DNA of 32,000 nt from an uncultured Opitutales bacterium (lineage in GTDB: Bacteria; Verrucomicrobiota; Verrucomicrobiia; Opitutales; Intestinicryptomonadaceae): contig CAKTSY010000002.1 of assembly GCA_934613415.1 (NCBI GenBank), positions 120,001 to 152,000 on the forward strand. The letters run 5' to 3'. A program made the position numbers and the translations under genes. Under the pieces are notes generated by a model. That model was not told where the DNA came from. It was given only the letters and a program-made list of their open reading frames with translations, and searched no databases. Shown piece after piece: positions 25,320 through 32,000 of the stretch; positions within the stretch are counted from its first letter, which is position 1, and the number at the start of each line of letters is the position of its first letter.

Positions 25320-26864
25320 CTATTTCTTTTCTTCGTCTTTTTGCGGACGCGGGAAAAGAATTACCGGGTCTTTAAGCGTTTTGCCTTCAAGGGTGTTGCC
25401 CCAAGCCAGGTTGTCGCCCCACGTTTCAATCTTAGGCAGCGAAAGCAAGTCTAGTATTTTTGCGCTTATTTCGGGCATTACGGGGCTTAGAGCGCAGGCA
25501 GCCAAGCGCAGGGCTTCGGCCATATTCGCCAAAGTTGTAAGCAAAAGCTTTTTGTCGGTGCTTTCGGCAGACTTTGCAAGCTTCCACGGGGCGCGTTGTT
25601 CTGCGTATCTATTTATGGCTCTGATAAATGTAAATATTTTGTCCAACGCCGTGTGGAACTGCATTTGCTCGTACAAATCCATAACCTGCGGGGCGGTTTT
25701 TACCCAAAGGTCTTTAAGCTCGCCTTCGGCGTCTTCGTTAACTTCGGCTGCGGCTACTTTCGATTCGCAATAGCGTTTTGTCATATTCAAAAGCCTGCTT
25801 ACCAAATTGCCCAAGTCGTTGCCCAAGTCTGAAGTGTATCTTGTAAGGAACAAGTCAAACGAAAAGTCGCTGTCTTGGCCAACGTTCATTTCTCGCATAA
25901 GGAAATATCTGAATGCGTCTGCTCCGAACATTTCGGCAAGCTCTAAGGGATTTACAATGTTGCCCAAGCTTTTCGACATCTTTTCGCCCGAAGAAAGCCA
26001 CCAGCCGTGAACCAAAAGCGATTTCGGCAGGGGTATGTTTGCGGCTTTAAGCATAATCGGCCAATATACCGAGTGCGGGGGAACCAAAATGTCTTTGCCT
26101 ATAACGTGGAAGTCGGCAGGCCAGTATTTTTCGAAATCGGGCGTGCCGTAGCCTGCCGCCGATATATAGTTTACAAGCGCGTCGAACCACACATAGGTTA
26201 CAAAATTTGTGTCGAAAGGCAGTTCTATGCCCCATTGCAGGCGTTCTTTTGGCCTTGAAATGCAAAGGTCGTTAAGGGGTTCTTTAAGGAATTCCAAAAC
26301 CTGCTTTGTTCTAAAGCGGGGGAAGATAAAGTCGTCGTGTTCTTTAATATATTGAATAAGCCAGTCTTGATACTTGCCTATTTTGAAAAAGTAGTTCGAC
26401 TCGGTAATTTCGGAAACTTCGCCGAAAATTTCGGGCCACTTGCCGTCTACCTTGTCTTTTTCCTGCAAAAACTGCTCCTGGCGCGCAGAATAAAAGCCCT
26501 TGTATTCGGCTTTGTAGATTTCGCCCTTGTCGAAAAGCATTTGCAGAATGCTTTGCACAACCTTTATGTGGCGCGGTTGCGAAGTGCGTATGTAGTCGTC
26601 GTTAGATATGTTCAATTTTTTGCACATATCCAAAAATTGTTCGGCGTGCATGTCGCAAAATTCCGCCGCGCTAATGCCCGCTTTGTTTGCGCTTTGCTGC
26701 ACCTTTTGGCCGTGTTCGTCCAGGCCTGTAAGGAATTTTACATTGTCGCCCTTAAGCCTTCTAAACCTTGCTATTGCGTCGGTTAAAACTTTTTCGTAGG
26801 CGTGGCCCAAGTGGGGCGAGCCGTTTGCGTAGTCTATAGCTGTTGTTATATAAAAAGATTTCAT
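25320..26864 (-). CDS. metG: Methionine--tRNA ligase (short form without the C-terminal tRNA-binding domain)
   Basis: YITTAIDYANGSPHLGHAYE (HIGH region), KMSKS motif (EKMSKSLGN), 514 aa. Confidence 0.96.
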   Translation of the reverse strand: MKSFYITTAIDYANGSPHLGHAYEKVLTDAIARFRRLKGDNVKFLTGLDEHGQKVQQSANKAGISAAEFCDMHAEQFLDMCKKLNISNDDYIRTSQPRHIKVVQSILQMLFDKGEIYKAEYKGFYSARQEQFLQEKDKVDGKWPEIFGEVSEITESNYFFKIGKYQDWLIQYIKEHDDFIFPRFRTKQVLEFLKEPLNDLCISRPKERLQWGIELPFDTNFVTYVWFDALVNYISAAGYGTPDFEKYWPADFHVIGKDILVPPHSVYWPIMLKAANIPLPKSLLVHGWWLSSGEKMSKSLGNIVNPLELAEMFGADAFRYFLMREMNVGQDSDFSFDLFLTRYTSDLGNDLGNLVSRLLNMTKRYCESKVAAAEVNEDAEGELKDLWVKTAPQVMDLYEQMQFHTALDKIFTFIRAINRYAEQRAPWKLAKSAESTDKKLLLTTLANMAEALRLAACALSPVMPEISAKILDLLSLPKIETWGDNLAWGNTLEGKTLKDPVILFPRPQKDEEKK

Positions 26865-26898
26865 TTTGCGTAAATAAAACTCCTTATGGCGGTATTTG

Positions 26899-28047
26899 TC
26901 AAATTCTTTGATATTTTACAACGCCGCCTACCGCAGTTAAAAGCACGTTGCAGTTTTCGTCCAAAAGAGCAAGATTTGCCTTAAAACCCTTTTTTATGAG
27001 CCCGCAGTTTTCTATGCCAAGCGATTTTAACGGATTGTACGAAAGGCATTTCGAGGCGGCTACAACACCCATTCCAAGCCCGATAGCGGCGTTTTTAAAG
27101 GCTTCGTTTAACGACAAAACGCTGCCTGCAAAAACGCCTTTGCCCTTTACGATGGCGGCATTGTCTTTTAGGGTAATTGGAATGCCGCCCATAACGTAGT
27201 CGCCGTCGGGCATTGCCTGCGCTCTTATAGAGTCGCTTATAAAAATTATTTTATTGTTGTCTTTTAGCTTAAGCAAAATCTTTAGCGCGTCTTTGCAAAC
27301 ATGCTTAAAATCGGCAATAACTTCAAGATAGGTATCGTTAAAATACAATCCAGCGCCCACAACGCCAGGTTGCCTGTGCGTAAAGGGCGAGCATCTGTCG
27401 AAAAAGTGCGTTATGTTTTTTAGTCCGAAGCTGTGCGCCTTTGCAAAGTCCGTAAAAGTTGCGTTGCTGTGCGCGCAGGAAGGTACAATGTTGCGCTTTA
27501 TAAGCTCGGCTGCAAAAAGCCCGTTTTGTTTGTCTTGCTCAATCGAGTACGAAACTTTTGCAATCTTATATATTCGGCTTAGCCTGTCTATTTCGGATAT
27601 ATCGCACGGCCTTGTAAATTCGGGGTTTTGGCTGCCTGCAAATTCTTTGTTTATAAAAGGGCCCTCCAAATGCGCGCCCAAAAATTCGCAAAACTTTTCG
27701 CTTTTCGAGTATTCGGCGCACGTCCGCAAAAATTGGGCTATTTTTTGCTCGGGCAAGGTAAGGCTTGTCGGCAAAATTGCGGCAACGCCCTCTTTAAGCT
27801 TTTGCTCTGCAATTTTTTCGAAGCCAAAAATGTCGCCGTCGGAAAAGTCGCAATTCAGGCAGCCATGGGTGTGAATATCTATAAAGGCGGGCAGCAGCAA
27901 CGCGCCTTTTGCATCTATTATTTTGGCATCGCTTGGAGCTTTTATTTTGCCGAAGTCTACAATTTGCCCGTTTTCGGACAAAAGCGAGCAGTCGGGCAAA
28001 ACTTCGTTTTCGCTTACAATATTTGCGTTTGCAATAAAAAGTTTCAT
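26899..28047 (-). CDS. nagA: N-acetylglucosamine-6-phosphate deacetylase
   Basis: Amidohydrolase HxH (FIDIHTHG), an AHLEGPFIN-type motif (GAHLEGPFINKE) and a HSNAT-like motif. 382 aa. Confidence 0.88.
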   Translation of the reverse strand: MKLFIANANIVSENEVLPDCSLLSENGQIVDFGKIKAPSDAKIIDAKGALLLPAFIDIHTHGCLNCDFSDGDIFGFEKIAEQKLKEGVAAILPTSLTLPEQKIAQFLRTCAEYSKSEKFCEFLGAHLEGPFINKEFAGSQNPEFTRPCDISEIDRLSRIYKIAKVSYSIEQDKQNGLFAAELIKRNIVPSCAHSNATFTDFAKAHSFGLKNITHFFDRCSPFTHRQPGVVGAGLYFNDTYLEVIADFKHVCKDALKILLKLKDNNKIIFISDSIRAQAMPDGDYVMGGIPITLKDNAAIVKGKGVFAGSVLSLNEAFKNAAIGLGMGVVAASKCLSYNPLKSLGIENCGLIKKGFKANLALLDENCNVLLTAVGGVVKYQRI

Positions 28048-28472
28048 TTGTGGTGGTAGCCCGTGTTTGCCGTAATGCTCTTTGCCCTGTATAGCTGTTC
28101 GGCCAAAAATGTTCGGGCAAACTCGTGAGTAAACGTCATTTTTGAAAGCGCAATAATTTGCTTTGAAAAGTTTTTTACCGCACCGCTTAGCCCGTAGGCG
28201 CTGCCTATTAAAAACGCCGAATTCGGGTTTTTCTCTAGCAGTTTCGAAAACTCTTCCGAAGTAAATTCGGCTCCCTCTTCGCCGAGCGCAAAAACCGAGC
28301 CTTTAAACTTCTCCAAAAGCTCCAGCATTTTTTGGCCTTCCTTTTCAACCGTGCAGTCTTTTATTTCAACAAGCTCTACTTTGTCGAAACGCGCAAGCCT
28401 TTTTAGGTACTCGTCGGTAAGTTCGGCGAGCTGCCTGTTTTTCATTTTGCCGACTGCAACGATTTTTATCAT
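28044..28472 (-). CDS. rlmH: 23S rRNA (pseudouridine1915-N3)-methyltransferase RlmH
   Basis: Start at MIKIVAVGKMK (ATGA overlap with the upstream stop). SPOUT C-terminus LSKMTFTHEFARTFLAEQLYRAKSI..GYHH. The stop overlaps the nagA ATG (ATGA). Confidence 0.88.
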   Translation of the reverse strand: MIKIVAVGKMKNRQLAELTDEYLKRLARFDKVELVEIKDCTVEKEGQKMLELLEKFKGSVFALGEEGAEFTSEEFSKLLEKNPNSAFLIGSAYGLSGAVKNFSKQIIALSKMTFTHEFARTFLAEQLYRAKSITANTGYHHK

Positions 28473-29602
28473 TTCCAGAAATCGAAAACTTTTTCGCAAA
28501 CGTATTGCTGGCTGTCGGCGTCTAAGTCGGCGTAAATTGGTAGCCTTACAAGGCTGTTATATGCCTTTTCGGTTACGGGCAAACTTTGGCGCCCCCTTGC
28601 CGAAAACTTTTCGCCCATCGGCGACATATGTAGCGGCGCATAGTGCGAGCATGCGGCAATGCCGTTTTCTTTAAGGTGCTTCATAAGAGAATCGGCAACC
28701 TTTTCCGACTCGGTTAAAAAGTAGAATATATGGGCGTTGTGCTCGGCTTTTGGCAGAATTTTGCCTATTTTTATTTTGCCGGATTTTTCGAGAGGCGAAA
28801 GCTCTTTTGCGTAAATATCCCACTTTTGCACGCGTTTTTGCGTAAGCTCTTTTGCGTGCTCTAGCTGCGACAGCAAAAAGGCGGCGTTGATTTCGCTTGG
28901 TAGGTAGCTGCTGCCTAAGTCTACCCAAGTGTATTTGTCTATTTCGCCCTTAAGGAACTTGCGGCGGTTTGTGCCTTTTTCCCTTATTATGTAGGCTTTG
29001 TCTTCGTATTTTTGGTCGTTTACCAAAATCGCGCCGCCTTCGCCGCAAACTATGTTCTTTGTGCCGTGAAAGCTTACCGAACCCAACGGCCCGAATGTGC
29101 CCAAAGGCTTTTTGTCGTAGTACGAAAGCATTGCCTGGGCGGCGTCCTCTATAACCATAATGTTGTGCTTTTTTGCTACCGCGCAAATCTTGTCCATATC
29201 GCAGGCAGCCCCCGCATAGTGTACGGGCACAATAGCCTTTGTCTTTTCGGTTATAAGGTTTTCAAGCAAGTCGGCGTTCATATTCATTGTAGACGAATCT
29301 ACGTCGCACCAGACAAGCTTTGCCCCCCTAAGGGCGAACGCGCTTGCTGTAGAAACAAACGTAAAGCTCGGCAAAATAACTTCGTCGTCGGGCTTTATGT
29401 CGGCAAGAATTGCCGCCATTTCCAAGCTAAGCGTGCAAGAGCATGTTAGCAGCGCGCAGTTTGTGCCGCAAAGTTGCTGCAAAAGTTCGTGGCATTTTTT
29501 CGAGAACTGGCCGTCGCCCTGCAAATAGTTGTTGGCCGCCGCCTGCTTTATGTAGTCGAATTCGTTTCCGCCCAAAGAATTTTTATTGAATGGAACTTTC
29601 AT
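28469..29602 (-). CDS. DegT/DnrJ/EryC1/StrS-family PLP aminotransferase (WecE/RffA-like dTDP-4-keto-6-deoxyhexose transaminase)
   Basis: N-terminus VPFNKNSLGGNEFDYIKQAAANNYLQGDGQFSKKCHELLQQ parallels WecE. PLP-Lys context SFHGTKN. Confidence 0.88.
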   Translation of the reverse strand: MKVPFNKNSLGGNEFDYIKQAAANNYLQGDGQFSKKCHELLQQLCGTNCALLTCSCTLSLEMAAILADIKPDDEVILPSFTFVSTASAFALRGAKLVWCDVDSSTMNMNADLLENLITEKTKAIVPVHYAGAACDMDKICAVAKKHNIMVIEDAAQAMLSYYDKKPLGTFGPLGSVSFHGTKNIVCGEGGAILVNDQKYEDKAYIIREKGTNRRKFLKGEIDKYTWVDLGSSYLPSEINAAFLLSQLEHAKELTQKRVQKWDIYAKELSPLEKSGKIKIGKILPKAEHNAHIFYFLTESEKVADSLMKHLKENGIAACSHYAPLHMSPMGEKFSARGRQSLPVTEKAYNSLVRLPIYADLDADSQQYVCEKVFDFWK

Positions 29603-30443
29603 TGTAGTCTATAAACCTTCTGTTTTTTCTTGAATATAATATAAATAGCAGCCCCGCGAAAATCGTGAAAACCGAATAGAATGTTCCGCGGCTCAATCCC
29701 ATAATAAGCGTTATGCCCCTGTCGGGCTCTCTGAAAATTTCGCAGATTATCCTGAATACTCCGTAAAGAACAAGCCATTCGCCCGACAATGCCCCCAGCC
29801 TGAATTTTGTGCGCCAAAACCTTGTTTGTGCATAGATGAAAAGTACAAGCCCCTCCAAAAACGCCTCGTATAGCTGCGAGGGGTGCCTTGCCAAAATCTG
29901 GTCGTAGGGCAAATTTGGCGCGCTGTTGGGGAATATCATTGCAAGGCTACAGTCGCTTACTTTGCCCCACAATTCGCCGTTTATAAAGTTTGCAAGTCTG
30001 CCAAAAAGTATGCCGCAGCTTGCAACGCTAACGACAAGGTCGCCTATATACAAAAAGGGCAGTTTGCGCGACTTTGCAAAAAGCCACGCCGCCAAAATTA
30101 CGCCTATAAAGCCGCCGTGGCTCGCCATTCCGCCGTGCCATACATAAAAGAGCTCGAGCGGGTTTTCGCAAAGCTCGCCGAATTTATAGAACAGCATATA
30201 GCCGAGCCTGCCACCGAGCAGTACGCCGAAAAGCATATAGCATATAAGCGAGGAATTGTCGTCGGCGGTTAGTTTGCTTATGCGCTTTTTTGAATACAGG
30301 TTAAAAAGCAGCAACGCAGCAACAAAGCCCGCCAAATACGAAAGCCCGTACCACCTTATTCCTTCCAGAAAGAACCCCTGCGGAAAATGCACTGCAAAAG
30401 GGTCGAAATTCACAATATATTTGCCTGAAAAAAGATTGAACAT
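29583..30443 (-). CDS. lgt: Prolipoprotein diacylglyceryl transferase
   Basis: IRWYGLSYLAGF, HGGFIG and GRLANFINGELWG motifs in a polytopic membrane protein. The 3' end overlaps the next gene start by 20 nt. Confidence 0.93.
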   Translation of the reverse strand: MFNLFSGKYIVNFDPFAVHFPQGFFLEGIRWYGLSYLAGFVAALLLFNLYSKKRISKLTADDNSSLICYMLFGVLLGGRLGYMLFYKFGELCENPLELFYVWHGGMASHGGFIGVILAAWLFAKSRKLPFLYIGDLVVSVASCGILFGRLANFINGELWGKVSDCSLAMIFPNSAPNLPYDQILARHPSQLYEAFLEGLVLFIYAQTRFWRTKFRLGALSGEWLVLYGVFRIICEIFREPDRGITLIMGLSRGTFYSVFTIFAGLLFILYSRKNRRFIDYNESSIQ

Positions 30444-30510
30444 TGCTACTCTTATGCTTTAATTTTAAGTACAGTAAAAAATAATTGCTAAAAATAGCGA
30501 GTTTAAATTT

Positions 30511-31926
30511 ATGGCACAATTCGACATAAAACAGGTTGTATCCGAAAATTTCGGGCGAAACTACGAACTTCACGACAAATATGTGAACAGAACTTTGGCG
30601 AAGGTTTTAAGGACAATAGGCTTCGACAAGGTGTATAAGTCGGCAAAAGGCGCATATTTGTACGACGCCGAAGGCAACGATTATATGGACTTTTTAAGCG
30701 GCTACGGCGTTTTCGGACTTGGGCGCAACCACCCCGTAGTTGGCAAGGCCATTAAAGACGCAATAGATATGGATTTGTCGAATATGGTGCAGCTAGACTG
30801 CGCGCTGCTTAGCGGCTTGCTTGCCGAGCAGTTGGTCAAGCGCGCGGGCGGCAAAAGAGACGCCGTGTTCCTCTGCAATTCGGGCACCGAGGCCAACGAA
30901 GGCGCGGTAAAATTTGCAAGGGCGCACACTGGAAGGCCGCGCGTGCTTTCTACCACGGGCGGCTACCACGGGCTGACGTATGGGTCTATGTCGCTTACGG
31001 TTGCCCCGTGCTTTCAGGAAAACTACGGGCCCTTTGTGCCGGGGTTTTCTGCCGTAAAGTTCAACGACCTAGAAGCCCTTGAAACCGAACTTAAAAAGGG
31101 CGATGTTGCAGCCTTTATATTCGAACCCATTCAAGGCCACGGCGTATATTTGCCCAACGACGACTACTACCCAAAAGCGCAGGCATTGTGCCAAAAATAC
31201 GGTACGCTTTTTATTGCCGACGAAGTTCAGACGGGCTTGGGCAGAACGGGTAAAATGTTTGCGTTTGAGCACTGGAATTTAGACCCCGACATTGTTACCG
31301 TTGCAAAAACCCTTAGTGGCGGATACGTTCCGGTGGCCGCCTTTATAACCACAAGGGCAATTCACCAAAGCTCATTTTCGACGCTTGAAAAGTGCGTTGT
31401 ACACTCTACAACATTCGGCAGAAACAATTTGGCGTGCGTAGCCGGCTTGGCTTCGCTTGCGGTTTTAGACGACGAAAAGCTTGTAGACCGCTCGCGCGAT
31501 ATGGGCGCAAAGCTGGTTGCCGAAATACAAAAGTTGCAGGACAAATACGACTTTATAAAAGAGGTAAGAGGCCGCGGCACTATGATTGCCATAGAGTTTA
31601 GAGAGCCCAAGAAAATGCTGCAAAAAATTGCATGGAAAACAATGAAGGCGGCAAACAAGGCATTGTTTATACAAATGCTAGTTTCCGCAATGATGGAAAA
31701 GCACAGGATTTTAACGCAGGTTGCAAACCACAATTCCGACTGTATGAAAATTTTGCCCCCCTATATCATTACCGATAAGGAGATAGACCGCTTTGTAAGC
31801 TCGCTAGACGATGTTCTTAGCCATGTCGGCAACATTGCGGGCAGCTTCTTCGGCTTCGGCAAAAGGCTTATGTCGGCGGCAGCCGAGCAAAACGCAAGCC
31901 TAAAGGAAATGGAAAAGTCGAAATAA
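30511..31926 (+). CDS. Class-III PLP aminotransferase (YgjG/PatA putrescine-aminotransferase-like)
   Basis: LCNSGTEANEGAVKFAR, DEVQTGLGRTGKMFAFEH and VAKTLSGG (PLP Lys). The N-terminal extension is similar in layout to YgjG. Confidence 0.9.
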   Translation: MAQFDIKQVVSENFGRNYELHDKYVNRTLAKVLRTIGFDKVYKSAKGAYLYDAEGNDYMDFLSGYGVFGLGRNHPVVGKAIKDAIDMDLSNMVQLDCALLSGLLAEQLVKRAGGKRDAVFLCNSGTEANEGAVKFARAHTGRPRVLSTTGGYHGLTYGSMSLTVAPCFQENYGPFVPGFSAVKFNDLEALETELKKGDVAAFIFEPIQGHGVYLPNDDYYPKAQALCQKYGTLFIADEVQTGLGRTGKMFAFEHWNLDPDIVTVAKTLSGGYVPVAAFITTRAIHQSSFSTLEKCVVHSTTFGRNNLACVAGLASLAVLDDEKLVDRSRDMGAKLVAEIQKLQDKYDFIKEVRGRGTMIAIEFREPKKMLQKIAWKTMKAANKALFIQMLVSAMMEKHRILTQVANHNSDCMKILPPYIITDKEIDRFVSSLDDVLSHVGNIAGSFFGFGKRLMSAAAEQNASLKEMEKSK

Positions 31927-32000
31927 ATGATTGACTATAATGAATTTCTGGAAAACTGCGCAAAGATAAACGAGCGCATTGCCCTAGCCTGCGAAAAATG
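31927..32000 (+). CDS. 5' end of a CDS running off the window; possibly a YggS-family PLP homeostasis protein
   Basis: The ATG directly abuts the upstream TAA. The 24 visible residues MIDYNEFLENCAKINERIALACEK resemble YggS N-termini, which is too short to be sure. Confidence 0.4.
   Translation, partial: MIDYNEFLENCAKINERIALACEK

Noticed and set aside
1-32000. Mobile elements, CRISPR arrays, defence or toxin systems, prophage genes, tRNA/rRNA genes
   Set aside because: I saw no direct-repeat arrays with spacers, no transposase, integrase or recombinase-like ORFs, no terminal inverted repeats flanking a gene block, no nuclease, ATPase or reverse-transcriptase-type ORFs and no cloverleaf-like sequences in the intergenic regions. 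The only repeated DNA is the terminator stems and the two GH paralogs.

Overview
This window looks like ordinary chromosomal DNA from a diderm, glycan-degrading bacterium. The lipoboxes, an RND/OMF efflux system, a PEP-CTERM sorting signal and a GH92 mannosidase hint at a PVC-type or similar lineage, but the phylum cannot be proven from the sequence. I support about 28 protein genes. They are: (i) the 3' end of a beta-helix enzyme; (ii) a TetR-regulated tripartite RND efflux operon (473-6877); (iii) a tight four-gene sugar operon of Zn-dehydrogenase, D-lyxose/mannose-isomerase-type cupin, PfkB kinase and a class-I-aldolase-like TIM barrel (7185-10898); (iv) a stand-alone PEP-CTERM secreted repeat protein; (v) a glycan-degradation locus with two tandem paralogous clan GH-A hydrolases carrying CBM9-like tails, a small secreted beta-sandwich-like protein, and a divergently transcribed GH92 alpha-mannosidase (12458-19471); (vi) an MBL-fold hydrolase, a Gfo/Idh/MocA oxidoreductase and a lipoprotein of unknown function; (vii) housekeeping blocks ruvA-dapB-dapA and lgt-wecE-like-rlmH-nagA-metG on the minus strand; (viii) a YgjG-like class-III aminotransferase and the start of a probable YggS gene. 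Several clean rho-independent, often bidirectional, terminators delimit the units. I found no tRNA or rRNA genes, CRISPR arrays, transposases, integrases, phage genes or recognisable defence modules. The best candidate for something undescribed is metabolic. The 7185-10898 operon has the isomerase-kinase-aldolase-reductase logic of the rhamnose, fucose and sulfo-EMP pathways but uses different enzyme families. It has no transporter or regulator and sits near a mannoside-degrading locus. All functional calls rest on motif recognition in the translated ORFs. No database search was possible.
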